Virus record (IMG/VR): IMGVR_UViG_3300043432_000260 | Coordinates: 1 to 46,475 of that record | Source of the DNA: a virus | Lineage: Duplodnaviria > Caudoviricetes | DNA: 46,475 nucleotides | Strand: one strand, 5' to 3' | In this document: piece after piece, positions 7,726 to 16,791 of the stretch | Numbering within the stretch: position 1 is the first letter of the stretch | Layout of the letters: each line of letters opens with the position of its first letter | Program-made: the position numbers and the translations under genes | Notes under the pieces: generated by a model | Database searches by the model: none | Told to the model about the DNA's origin: nothing | The model's input: the letters and a program-made list of their open reading frames with translations, nothing else

Positions 7726-10700
7726 ATGGCGAACGCCTTCACGGATCAGCCAACGCCGAGCTTCAATGATACGACCCTCGCCGCCGTGTTTTCCGGGGCG
7801 AGTTGGACGCCGCCGGATGGCGCGATCGTCATTGTCTTCGTCGGCAACAGTAAGGCGTCCGCGCCCAACCTGCCGGATTCGCTCACAGGCAACGGACAGA
7901 CGTGGACCCAAGTGGCCACGGTGACGTTCAACACTGCGGCATCGCCCACACGCCGCCTGACTGCCTATCGCTCGCTGATTGTCAGCCCGTCAGCGGGTGC
8001 CCTGACGGTGACGTTCCCGAGCAACCAAACAGGCTGCTTTGCGAACGTCGTCAGTATCACGGGGTCCAAGACGACGGGCACGAATGGCGCGGACGCCATC
8101 GTGCAGGCCGTCACCAACTATGCGGACACGGGTGATGATCGCGCCTTCGTCGTCCTCGCGGACTTCCTGAACCATTCGAACAGTGTCCTGGCGGGCTTCG
8201 GTGTCGACGGAACGGTGACGCTCGTCCAGCAGTCTGGCTTCACCCTTGGCACCCAGCAGGCCTACATCACGCCGACGCATACGGGCAACGCCGAGTGGAA
8301 AGTCGCACCGGACGCGCTGGCGACGGTCACATGGTCGACGGCGTCGAAGTGGGGTGGGATCGCGCTCGAGATTGCAGCCGCCACCCCGGACGCGAGCAAT
8401 ACCAGTATTGCGCGGGGCCCGTTTGTCGGCGGCGTGACCGCGACGACGGCCAAGTTTCTGACCGTGCTCGATAGCGGCGGGGACTTTACGCTGAAGTACG
8501 GCACCGACCCGGCACTCACGGGCGCGACGGAGGTCGCGACGTCGGCGAATGCCTCGACCGGGTTTACGCGAATGACGTCGGTCACGGGGCTGACGGCGGG
8601 GACGCGCTACTACTACCAGGCCGTTGGCGATGCGGCCAGTTCGGCCATCCACACCTTCAAGACCTTGCCGACCGCGCCCACCACATTGCGAGTCGTCTGC
8701 TTCTCGGATTTCCACGACATGGATGCGTCGCCGAGCGAGCCCCCCGGCACGGCATTCGTCAGCGGCGACGCCGAGGTGCCGGATCTCGTCTGGATCGGCG
8801 GCGACTTTGATCACGGCAATCCGGGCACGGGGGCGGACCCCATCGCGGCCCGGACAGCGTTTCGTGCCATGTGGAATCGGCTCCTTGATGGCAACGCCTA
8901 CGGCGGGCCGCCCTACAGCATGCCGGATTTTGTCGCGAGCATCCTGCGGAAGTACCCGACATTTCATACGTGGGATGACCACGACTATCGATCCAACAAC
9001 GCGAACAAAACGTATCCCTGGAAAGATGTCGTGTCCAAGGCTGAGTTCAAGCGGTTTTATCCTTCCTACACGCTCCCGAGCATCGCCGGCGGGATCTGGC
9101 AAAAGTTCGCATGCGGGACGCTCGCGGAGTTCTTTGTCCTCGATACGCGGAGCCAGCGCGATCTGAACACGGACACGGACAATGCCAGCAAGTCCATGCT
9201 GGACGGCGATGCCCTTGGGGCAACGGGACAGAAGCAATGGCTGAAGGACGGGCTGGCGGCCTCGGGCGCGACGTGGAAGATCATCATGACCCAGGTGCCG
9301 TGGAATCCGACGGCGCTCAAGACCAATCCCGAGACCGACAACTGGTGTGGGTTTACCACGGAACAGGATGAACTGATCGCGTACATCCAGGCCAATGGTA
9401 TCGCCGGCGTCGTGTTCGTGTCCGGGGATGTCCATATGGGCGCGCTCGATGATGGAACGAGTGCCGTCTTTCCCGAAGTCATTGTCCCGCCGCCGAACTT
9501 CATCGGTGAGGGTTTCAACAACCTCGATACCGTGGGGACCTGGAGCGGTGGGATCTGGGAAAACAACGGGTATGTGCTGTTGGAAGTGGCCCCGTCGCGC
9601 CTCGCCCTGTCCGTCAAGGATGTGAATGGCGTCACGCAGCGCTCCATGTTCCTGCAAGCGGCAGGGAGCGTCGTCGTTCAGCCCAACACGGGGCGACTGG
9701 TCCTCTACCGCGACAGCCCATCTGCTACGGCACTCCGCGGCGAGCTCACGCTGGCGGGATTTGCGCCGACCCTCATCCGCGGGACGATCCTCACGCCCGG
9801 AGTGGGTGCCCTCGCAGCGACAGGCGCCGCGCCGAGCGTTAGCCAGTCGGGCGGCGTGGCGCTGACCCCTGGGGCGGGCGGCCTGATTGTCTCAGGCGTC
9901 GCCCCCACCCTGGAGGTCGATACCCGCCTCACGGTCGCCTCTGGCAGTCTGCTCCTCACAGGGGAGGCCCCGACCATCGGCGGGGTGACCCAGATCACAC
10001 CTGGCGCCGGGACGCTGGTCCTCACAGGCCAGCTCCCCACCATCGGCGGCGCGGTCCAGATCGTGCCCGGCACTGGCCTGCTCACCCTAGCGGGGTTCGA
10101 GCCGAGGCAGGACCGCGGGCTCTTCCCGGGGACGGGGATCCTCACGCTCGGCGAGCTCGCCCCGTTCCGCCTGTCCGATACCCGGGTGACTCCGGCGGTG
10201 GGCAGTCTCCTACTCTCTGGCATAGCCCCATCCCGGCTGATCGATCTCCGCCTCACACCATCAGTCGGCACCCTGCTCCTCAGCGGCCAGCTACCCCAGC
10301 TCGGCGGGGCCGTTCAGATCACGCCAAGCGCCGGCGCCTTGGTCCTTGCCGGGCTCGCGCCGCTTGTCGGGGGCGATGTCCAGATCGTCCCGGGCAGTGG
10401 TCTCCTGAGCCTCCTGGGGGCCACGCCAGCGCAGGGCAGCGGACTCTCCCCGAGCGCTGGCGCCCTCACCCTCGGAGGCCTCCTCCCGGGGCTCCTGACC
10501 GATGTCCGCCTGACGCCCAGCGTCGCGGCCCTGGTGTTGAGCGGGCAAATCCCGCTCCTCAATGGTGCCGTCCAGATCGTGCCGGGGACGGCCCTCCTGA
10601 CCCTGACGGGTCTGAATCCGCTACTGGCCGTCCCGTCCCCTCGGTTCATCCTCCAGGCTGCGGCGCGGGTCTATACGCTCCAGGCTGCGGCGCGGGTCTA

Positions 10701-10740
10701 TCGCCTCAGCGCGGAGCATGAGGCGGACCCGGGGAGCTAG
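7726..10740 (+). CDS. Fibre-like protein: N-terminal beta domain, FN3/PAP-N domain, PhoD-family phosphatase/phosphodiesterase, and ~14-15 C-terminal 21-aa repeats
   Basis: GLTAGTRYYY; PhoD motifs GGDF, TWDDHD, VLDTRSQR, QKQWL, DNW and VSGDVH; repeats xTPxxGxLxLxGxxP; no signal peptide. Confidence 0.85.
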   Translation: MANAFTDQPTPSFNDTTLAAVFSGASWTPPDGAIVIVFVGNSKASAPNLPDSLTGNGQTWTQVATVTFNTAASPTRRLTAYRSLIVSPSAGALTVTFPSNQTGCFANVVSITGSKTTGTNGADAIVQAVTNYADTGDDRAFVVLADFLNHSNSVLAGFGVDGTVTLVQQSGFTLGTQQAYITPTHTGNAEWKVAPDALATVTWSTASKWGGIALEIAAATPDASNTSIARGPFVGGVTATTAKFLTVLDSGGDFTLKYGTDPALTGATEVATSANASTGFTRMTSVTGLTAGTRYYYQAVGDAASSAIHTFKTLPTAPTTLRVVCFSDFHDMDASPSEPPGTAFVSGDAEVPDLVWIGGDFDHGNPGTGADPIAARTAFRAMWNRLLDGNAYGGPPYSMPDFVASILRKYPTFHTWDDHDYRSNNANKTYPWKDVVSKAEFKRFYPSYTLPSIAGGIWQKFACGTLAEFFVLDTRSQRDLNTDTDNASKSMLDGDALGATGQKQWLKDGLAASGATWKIIMTQVPWNPTALKTNPETDNWCGFTTEQDELIAYIQANGIAGVVFVSGDVHMGALDDGTSAVFPEVIVPPPNFIGEGFNNLDTVGTWSGGIWENNGYVLLEVAPSRLALSVKDVNGVTQRSMFLQAAGSVVVQPNTGRLVLYRDSPSATALRGELTLAGFAPTLIRGTILTPGVGALAATGAAPSVSQSGGVALTPGAGGLIVSGVAPTLEVDTRLTVASGSLLLTGEAPTIGGVTQITPGAGTLVLTGQLPTIGGAVQIVPGTGLLTLAGFEPRQDRGLFPGTGILTLGELAPFRLSDTRVTPAVGSLLLSGIAPSRLIDLRLTPSVGTLLLSGQLPQLGGAVQITPSAGALVLAGLAPLVGGDVQIVPGSGLLSLLGATPAQGSGLSPSAGALTLGGLLPGLLTDVRLTPSVAALVLSGQIPLLNGAVQIVPGTALLTLTGLNPLLAVPSPRFILQAAARVYTLQAAARVYRLSAEHEADPGS
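10651..10701 (+). repeat. In-frame 27-bp tandem repeat (LQAAARVY x2)
   Basis: CTCCAGGCTGCGGCGCGGGTCTAT at 10651 and 10678. Confidence 0.9.
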
Positions 10741-11174
10741 GGTTGGCGAAGCTCCCGCTGGATCGCCCGGAGATAGTCGCCTTCCGTCGGTCCCCATTCC
10801 GTCACCTGCATCCGGCCCCAGTTGATCTTGCTGACCTCGACGACGACAGCGTCCTTCTCTGCCTTGAGGAAGATCCCGGTATAGGACTGCGGGAACGTGC
10901 CGAGGAAATCCTTCCGTTCGAGTCTGATCAGCCGATGCGGGGTCTGGTCCACGAGTCGCGTCTGCCGGTCGCCGCGCAGAATCGTCACGACGCCACGGAC
11001 CGTGGCGTCCCAGACCTCGAGTGGATCGCGATTCCGGACCGTGAGCGAGATCCCCTCGGTTGTCTTGTCGAAGCCCTCTTCGAGCATCCCGCGCGGGATG
11101 CCGGGCTTGAGGTTGTGGGCGCCGGCGCAGCCGAGGAGCAGGAGGATGGCGACTGTGATCGTTACCCTGCGCAT
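10737..11174 (-). CDS. Lipoprotein, candidate superinfection-exclusion/moron
   Basis: MRRVTITVAILLLLGC lipobox; lies downstream of the repressor on the same strand; its stop overlaps the stop of the convergent gene (CTAG). Confidence 0.7.
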   Translation of the reverse strand: MRRVTITVAILLLLGCAGAHNLKPGIPRGMLEEGFDKTTEGISLTVRNRDPLEVWDATVRGVVTILRGDRQTRLVDQTPHRLIRLERKDFLGTFPQSYTGIFLKAEKDAVVVEVSKINWGRMQVTEWGPTEGDYLRAIQRELRQP

Positions 11175-11179
11175 GGCAG

Positions 11180-11425
11180 CTATCCTTTCCGCCATTTGAA
11201 CTCGGGGGCCTCATCGAGCTCAGGCGGTTCTACGGTGACGACCACCGGCCCGAGCTTATCCGGCACGGCCGCGAGGGCGATCAAGGCGAAAAGCGGAGTC
11301 CAGAAGAGCGCGATCAGGAACCATCCGAAGCCAGATCGCCCTTTCTGCTGGGCGACCCAGGGCACGAGCGCGCCGGCGGTGATGAGATAGAGGAATCCGC
11401 CCAGCAGGATGATTACGGCGTCCAT
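11180..11425 (-). CDS. Small 2-TM membrane protein (KGRS-type)
   Basis: AGGAGG RBS; VAQQKGRSGFGWFLIALF motif between two hydrophobic helices. Confidence 0.7.
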   Translation of the reverse strand: MDAVIILLGGFLYLITAGALVPWVAQQKGRSGFGWFLIALFWTPLFALIALAAVPDKLGPVVVTVEPPELDEAPEFKWRKG

Positions 11426-11483
11426 CGGTCGGTCCCTCCTCTCCGTCGTCTCAGCATCAGCGCCCGGGCGATCGGGTAGCAGA

Positions 11484-11831
11484 TCAATCGCCGAGCACAT
11501 CTCGCAGCGAATGACGACGCTCTCGCTTTGACCCTGGGGCATGTCGAAGTTCATGTTCATGAATGTCGTCAACGGCTTCCATCCCCAAGAGAATCCACGC
11601 CATCGGCGCATCGAGAGCCTTGGCGAGGCGCTGGAGATACGCATAGCCGGGCGTCGTCTCGTCCGCAAGCCAGCGATAGACCTGCTGACTAGGGAAGACC
11701 TTCTCTACGCAAAAGCGCGGGACATCTGGGCTGCCGTCCCGGCGTTGATAGCCGAGTTGGGCGAGTCGGCGCACGAGGCGTTTGCCAACGCCGGGGAATG
11801 AACGCTCTGATCGCCGAGCCTTGGGGCCCAT
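11484..11831 (-). CDS. CI-like XRE/HTH repressor
   Basis: SQQVYRWLADETTPGYAYLQRLAKALDAPMAWIL is an XRE HTH; AAGGA RBS; divergent from a cro-like gene. Confidence 0.75.
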   Translation of the reverse strand: MGPKARRSERSFPGVGKRLVRRLAQLGYQRRDGSPDVPRFCVEKVFPSQQVYRWLADETTPGYAYLQRLAKALDAPMAWILLGMEAVDDIHEHELRHAPGSKRERRHSLRDVLGD

Positions 11832-11880
11832 ATTTTTAGTCCTTGACACGTGGTACGCACCGCGTGGTATGCTCCGCGCC
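11832..11880. promoter_or_regulatory. Lysis-lysogeny switch: rightward promoter and operator-like repeats
   Basis: TTGACA at 11843-11848; extended -10 TGnTATGCT at 11865-11873 (19-bp spacer); CGTGGTAYGC direct repeats at 11849 and 11863. Confidence 0.65.
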
Positions 11881-12141
11881 GTGGCTACCCAAACCAAGCC
11901 CAACCCAAAGCTAGCCCGCCTTCGGCGCCAACTCAAGGCCCATGGCATCACGCAGCTTGCGGTGGCCGCGGCCGCTGGCGCCAGACCGCCCCACGTCTGC
12001 AACGTCTTGGCTGGCCGCGACAAGAGCCGAAAGGTGGTGGAAGCCGCCAAGCGGCTCCTGGCCGAACTCGAAAATGGCCTCCAGAAGCCCGTGGGGCCTC
12101 GTGCTACCCGAGCGATTCCCGAAACTGCCGAGGCTTCCTAG
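11881..12141 (+). CDS. Cro-like HTH protein (probably leaderless)
   Basis: LKAHGITQLAVAAAAGARPPHVCNVLAG HTH; GTG lies 7 nt after the -10 box with no SD. Confidence 0.75.
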   Translation: MATQTKPNPKLARLRRQLKAHGITQLAVAAAAGARPPHVCNVLAGRDKSRKVVEAAKRLLAELENGLQKPVGPRATRAIPETAEAS

Positions 12142-12187
12142 GGTCCTGTAGCCATCCGGGGGTGTGACCCCGGGGAAAGGCCGGTAG

Positions 12188-12448
12188 ATGGGCCTGACGC
12201 GCAATGAGCAGGAAACGACGATCCGCTGGGACGAAGAAGAGCAGATCGTCCACATCTGGTCAGCCAGCCCCAAGACCTGGCGGAAGATGGCCCGGCTCGG
12301 CGTGCCCCCGACAAGGGAGACCAGCCAGGCGGGGAAGCCCAGCGGCCGGTTCTACCAAGTGCCCGAGAGCCAGTTCCGGTGGCGGCTGAAGTCTCTGGCG
12401 CGCGCCGCGAACCGGAAGGGCAGACCCTTCGGACAGTCCCATGCCTGA
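12188..12448 (+). CDS. Hypothetical phage protein
   Basis: GAAAGG RBS; plausible protein composition; overlaps the next gene. Confidence 0.6.
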   Translation: MGLTRNEQETTIRWDEEEQIVHIWSASPKTWRKMARLGVPPTRETSQAGKPSGRFYQVPESQFRWRLKSLARAANRKGRPFGQSHA

Positions 12449-12641
12449 GCGCCGGCCGCTCGCCAAGTTGGAATCGAAAGACGATCGGATCACGTTCCGC
12501 ATCCAGCCCTCGCTGCGCGAAATCTTGGAGGCTGCCGCTATTGAAGAGGGCGACGAACTGTCGCGATACATCCGAGAGTGCGTGCTCACGGGTCACACGA
12601 TGAAGCAGTCGCAGAAACTCTACAAGGTGACAGTTGGATGA
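12441..12641 (+). CDS. Ribbon-helix-helix DNA-binding protein
   Basis: RITFRIQPSLREILEAAAIEEGDELSRYIR. Confidence 0.65.
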   Translation: MPERRPLAKLESKDDRITFRIQPSLREILEAAAIEEGDELSRYIRECVLTGHTMKQSQKLYKVTVG

Positions 12642-13006
12642 CAACGTCGGACACGGCTCAGCGGGCTTGTCGAACGTTGTCGGACATCCCGGTCACGGAG
12701 TATTTCCTTTTCCGTTTCTGGTCGAAAGTCGAGAAGGGGCCGGGCTGTTGGCTTTGGAAGAACGCCAAAGATCACTTCGGCTATGGCCGTTTTCAACTTG
12801 GTCGACGCGGAGACGGTTTGGTCAAGGCCCATCGCCTCTCGTGGTTCTTGGCCTTCGGGGAGATCCCGTCCGGTATGTGGGTGCTGCATCAGTGCGATGT
12901 TCCAGCCTGCGTAAGACCCGATCACCTGAAGCTCGGAAACCGCGATGACAACGCGGAAGACATGGTGAGAAGGGGACGGCAGAGGATCAACGGAGCGAAG
13001 ACATAG
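12638..13006 (+). CDS. HNH endonuclease
   Basis: RFWSKV...CWLW...GYG...AHR...VLHQCDVPACVRPDHL...N. Confidence 0.85.
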   Translation: MTTSDTAQRACRTLSDIPVTEYFLFRFWSKVEKGPGCWLWKNAKDHFGYGRFQLGRRGDGLVKAHRLSWFLAFGEIPSGMWVLHQCDVPACVRPDHLKLGNRDDNAEDMVRRGRQRINGAKT

Positions 13007-13123
13007 TGAGCACACGGGGAGCGCGCCCGATGCGAGACGACGTCGTCGCGGCCATTCTCGCGATCGTCGCGGCGATCGCCTGGTGCGGCGTGCTCGCGCT
13101 GTTCGCGTTCTGAGGAGATCGTT

Positions 13124-13279
13124 ATGACACGCTCAAGTGATCCGGAGTTTGCCATTGACGACGGGGAGGACTGCCCCAATTGCAGCGGCACGGGCTACTC
13201 CTCGCATGAGTGTGGTGAAGACACCTGCTGCTGCCTTCATCCCGAGGACAACGTTCCCTGCGATTGGTGCCGACGATGA
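13124..13279 (+). CDS. Small Cys-rich zinc-binding protein (51 aa; not in the ORF track)
   Basis: GAGGAG RBS; CPNCSGTG...CGEDTCCC...CDWC. Confidence 0.55.
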   Translation: MTRSSDPEFAIDDGEDCPNCSGTGYSSHECGEDTCCCLHPEDNVPCDWCRR

Positions 13280-13644
13280 GTACCGAGCGGCGCGTGAGCA
13301 AGGAGGCTCCCATGCCCACCCGCGAGCACACGGACCCGGCGGCGCTGGACACGCTCTGGCGGCTCCCGCTTCACGCTGCCGCGCGCTGGTTCGATCCGAT
13401 CCGGACGGCGATCGGCAATTTCTTCTTCGGCCTGCCGCCCGTGTTCGTCCATCCGGCCATCCCCCATCGGGCAGCCGGGCTCTGCCTCGACTGCGAGATC
13501 CTCTTCGACACCCGGCAGCGGCAGTGCTGCCCGACCTGCGCGGGACATGGCTGGACGCTCCTCACGGGAATGCAGCGCAAGGAACGGCGCGGCCGGAAGC
13601 TGCCGCCCGCCGCAGCAGTCGTCCCCATTCGGCGGCGAGGCTGA
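13276..13644 (+). CDS. Hypothetical zinc-ribbon protein
   Basis: CLDC...CPTC; ATGA coupling to the upstream ORF; start could be at 13312. Confidence 0.5.
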   Translation: MSTERRVSKEAPMPTREHTDPAALDTLWRLPLHAAARWFDPIRTAIGNFFFGLPPVFVHPAIPHRAAGLCLDCEILFDTRQRQCCPTCAGHGWTLLTGMQRKERRGRKLPPAAAVVPIRRRG

Positions 13645-13720
13645 TGGGCAGCGCGATCCTGCTGGCGACGGTCGCGGCGGTGGTCGTCACGATGCTCCGG
13701 CGGGCGTGGAGGGACGTGCG

Positions 13721-14023
13721 ATGACGTGTCACGCGGGGCTCCGCTTCGTCCACCACGACCTCGACTTCTCCAAGCCGGCCCCGCTCGGTTTCGCGCAGTG
13801 CCGCCGGTGCGAGGGCGCGTACACGATGGAGCAATACCTCGCGTGGAGCTGCGAGGGCGCGCGGCCCGGCCCGCTCCCCACCGAGCGTCGCGTGCCCCCG
13901 GGCGGCCTCCGTTGCGCGCTCTGCGGCCAGGCGGTCCACGTCGACCCGGTGCACCGCGCGGTCGTGGAGTGGTTCGGGACCGTATGCGATTCCTGTTTCA
14001 ACTTGGAGGACGCCCGTGTCTGA
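13721..14023 (+). CDS. Hypothetical Cys-rich protein
   Basis: GGAGGG RBS; several CxxC pairs. Confidence 0.5.
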   Translation: MTCHAGLRFVHHDLDFSKPAPLGFAQCRRCEGAYTMEQYLAWSCEGARPGPLPTERRVPPGGLRCALCGQAVHVDPVHRAVVEWFGTVCDSCFNLEDARV

Positions 14024-14945
14024 GATCGAGCCCGGCATTCATCAGATGACCGCCGATACCTACCATCAAGACCCGTGCCCGGCGCCCTCGCTCTCCTCCT
14101 CCATCGCGCGGACGCTGCTCGGCTACTCGCCGCTTCACGCCTTTACTGAGCACCCGAGGCTCAGCCCTACTCTCGAAAGGGAAGAAAAGGAGATTTTTGA
14201 CTTAGGAAGCGCCGCGCACAGCTACCTCCTCGAAGGGGAGACGGGCTTCGTCATTGTCGACGCGAAGGACTGGCGGACGAAGGACGCGCAAAGCCAGCGG
14301 GACGCGGCGCGGCTCGAAGGCAAGATCCCGCTCCTCGCGAAGCACTGGGAGGACATCCAGGCCATGGCCGAGGCAGCACGCCGGCAGCTCGGCGAACACG
14401 AGGCCACGCCCATCCCGTTCGCTGGCGGCAAGCCGGAGCAGACGCTGATCTGGCGGGAAGGGGAGATCTGGTGCCGGGCGCGGCTCGACTGGCTCCATGA
14501 CGACCACTCCGCGATCGACGATCTGAAGACGACTTCGGCCTCTGCCAATCCGGACGCATGGAGCAGACTCCTCTTCAACTCCGGCTACGATGTGCAGGCC
14601 GCGTTCTACCTGCGCGGGCTCCGGGCGATCAGCGGCGGGGGCGCCCGAGGGACGGCTTTCAGATTTATTTGCCAGGAGAATTTCAAGCCCTTCGCGCTGT
14701 CGGTCATTGGGCTCGCCCCGGACGCGCTCGAGCTGGCCGATCGGAAGGTCAAGCGCGCGATCGCGCTTTGGTCGGCCTGTCTGGAGACGGGCCGCTGGCC
14801 CGGCTACCCGACGCAGGTCTGCTATGCCGAACTGCCGCCGTGGGAGGAAGCCCGGCTGATGGAGCGCGAACTGCGCGAAGAGGGGATCCGGGACGATGGG
14901 CGACCGATCGGGGAGCAGCTAGCCGGGATGGGGGGGACTGCGTGA
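14016..14945 (+). CDS. RecE/ExoVIII-like PD-(D/E)XK exonuclease
   Basis: YHQD...LSSS, GSAAH, CRARLDW...IDDLKTT, YDVQAAFY. Confidence 0.85.
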   Translation: MSEIEPGIHQMTADTYHQDPCPAPSLSSSIARTLLGYSPLHAFTEHPRLSPTLEREEKEIFDLGSAAHSYLLEGETGFVIVDAKDWRTKDAQSQRDAARLEGKIPLLAKHWEDIQAMAEAARRQLGEHEATPIPFAGGKPEQTLIWREGEIWCRARLDWLHDDHSAIDDLKTTSASANPDAWSRLLFNSGYDVQAAFYLRGLRAISGGGARGTAFRFICQENFKPFALSVIGLAPDALELADRKVKRAIALWSACLETGRWPGYPTQVCYAELPPWEEARLMERELREEGIRDDGRPIGEQLAGMGGTA

Positions 14946-15442
14946 AGACTTCGCTCACGGCCGAGCGTCTCCGCGCGGTCCTCGACTACGACCCGGCAAC
15001 CGGAACCTTCACTTGGAAGGTAAACAAGCAGCGACCCGACTTGGTCGGCTGCGTAGCGGGCAGTATGAACATGAGCGGGTATTGGCACGTCGGCGTCGAT
15101 GGGGACGAGTACAAGGCCCACCGTCTCGCGTGGCTATTTGTTCACGGCGAGTGGCCCGCCGGTCGGCTCGATCATGAGAACGGCGACACGGCTGACAACC
15201 GCATTGCCAACCTTCGGCCCGTCACCCATTCGCAGAACATTGCCAACTCCCGCCTGCGCCGCGACAGCACTAGCGGCTTCAAGGGGGTCAGCTTCTACAC
15301 ATCGGCGGGAAAGTGGGGCGCGAACATCAACAAGGATGGTCGGCGCCACTACCTCGGCCTTTTCAACACACCGGAGGAGGCGCACGCCGCTTACTGCGAG
15401 GCGGCCTGCGAACTCCACGGCGAATTCGCGAGGACAGAATGA
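14942..15442 (+). CDS. HNH endonuclease with AP2 domain
   Basis: YDPATGTFTW, AHRLAW, DHENGDTADNRIANLR, SGFKGV...LGLFNTPEEAHAAY. Confidence 0.9.
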   Translation: MKTSLTAERLRAVLDYDPATGTFTWKVNKQRPDLVGCVAGSMNMSGYWHVGVDGDEYKAHRLAWLFVHGEWPAGRLDHENGDTADNRIANLRPVTHSQNIANSRLRRDSTSGFKGVSFYTSAGKWGANINKDGRRHYLGLFNTPEEAHAAYCEAACELHGEFARTE

Positions 15443-16791
15443 AGATCGTTCGCTTGGTCGCGGAGAATTTCAAGAAGCTGCGGGCCGTAGAGATCACGCC
15501 TAAGGGTGAACTCGTCGAGATAACGGGCGCCAACGGTGCTGGCAAAACCAGTGTCTTGGATGCGATCTGGGCCGCCCTCTCCAATGCGCAGCACATCCAG
15601 GCCATGCCGATCCGCAAGGGGGCGACCAAGGCGCGGATCCGCCTCGACCTGGGCGAGCTGGTGGTCGAGCGGCGCTTCAACGAGAAGGGCTCGATCCTGA
15701 CCGTTGAGTCGGCCGAGGGTGCGCGCTTCACGTCGCCCCAGGGCATCCTCGACAAGCTCCTCGGCGCGCTGACCTTCGACCCGCTGGCTTTCGTCAACCA
15801 GGAGCCGCGCGAGCAGTTCGAGTCACTCCGGAAGATCGTCCCGCTCGAGGTCGATCTGGATCAGCTCGACGGGCTGACCCGGACGGACTATGACAAGCGG
15901 ACGGAGATCAACCGGGAAGCGAAGTCGCTGCGCGCCCAGGCCGAGGGGATCGCGGTGCCGGGCGGGCTGCCGATTGAGGCGATCGACACGGCAGCGCTCA
16001 AGAATCGGTTCGGCGAGGCGTCGGACCGGGCAGCCGAGATCGAGCGCGTGCGCGCCGCTCACGCCGCTGATGTCGAGCGCGTGCGCCGGCGAAACGCGAC
16101 GATCGATGAGGAGATCAAGGCTGCTCGCCTCAAGGTCGAGGAGGCTACCGCGGCCGTCCAGAAGATGCGCGCCGAGGCGGACCGGCTCGAGGTTGAGGCC
16201 CGCGACCTCATTGTGCTGGCGGACAAGCTGGAGGCGGAGCCGCGCGAAGCGGTCGCCGACCTGGTCGAGCCCTCGCCGATCGACGTGGCCGCGATACGGA
16301 CCGAGCTGGATCGCGCCGAGGTCGTCAATCGCGGCATCGAGCAGCGCTCTCGCAAGACGGCCCTCATCGACTCTGCGAAGAAAGCCGAAGTGGAGTCGGA
16401 CACGCTGAGCGAGCGGATCGAGGCGCGCGCCAAGGTCAAGGCCGACGCGATCGCCAAGGCGCCGATGCCCGTGCCCGGCCTGTCCTTCGGCGACGGCGTC
16501 GTCACCTATGAGGGCGTCCCGTTCGGCCAAGCCTCGTCCGCCGAGCAGCTCAAGGTCTCCGTCGCGATCGCGATGGCGGCCAACCCGAAGCTCCGAGTGA
16601 TCCGCATCAAGGAAGGCTCGCTCCTCGACGACAGCAATGTCGCGCTCATCGCCGAGATGGCCAAGGCGCAGGACTATCAGGTCTGGCTGGAGAAGGTCGA
16701 CACGTCGGGCAAGATCGGGATCGTCATCGAGGATGGCATGGTGGTCGCGGTGGACGGCGAGCCGGTCGCTCCGGTGGAGAGCAAGGCATGA
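15439..16791 (+). CDS. SMC/Rad50-like ABC ATPase
   Basis: ENFK; Walker A GANGAGKTS; long coiled coil; signature-like SSAEQ; degenerate Walker B/D-loop IKEGSLLD. Confidence 0.85.
   Translation: MKIVRLVAENFKKLRAVEITPKGELVEITGANGAGKTSVLDAIWAALSNAQHIQAMPIRKGATKARIRLDLGELVVERRFNEKGSILTVESAEGARFTSPQGILDKLLGALTFDPLAFVNQEPREQFESLRKIVPLEVDLDQLDGLTRTDYDKRTEINREAKSLRAQAEGIAVPGGLPIEAIDTAALKNRFGEASDRAAEIERVRAAHAADVERVRRRNATIDEEIKAARLKVEEATAAVQKMRAEADRLEVEARDLIVLADKLEAEPREAVADLVEPSPIDVAAIRTELDRAEVVNRGIEQRSRKTALIDSAKKAEVESDTLSERIEARAKVKADAIAKAPMPVPGLSFGDGVVTYEGVPFGQASSAEQLKVSVAIAMAANPKLRVIRIKEGSLLDDSNVALIAEMAKAQDYQVWLEKVDTSGKIGIVIEDGMVVAVDGEPVAPVESKA

Noticed and set aside
7726-10740. phoD as a phosphate-starvation auxiliary metabolic gene
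   Set aside because: There is no export signal and no Pho box was seen, and the domain is fused to structural repeats in a late operon.
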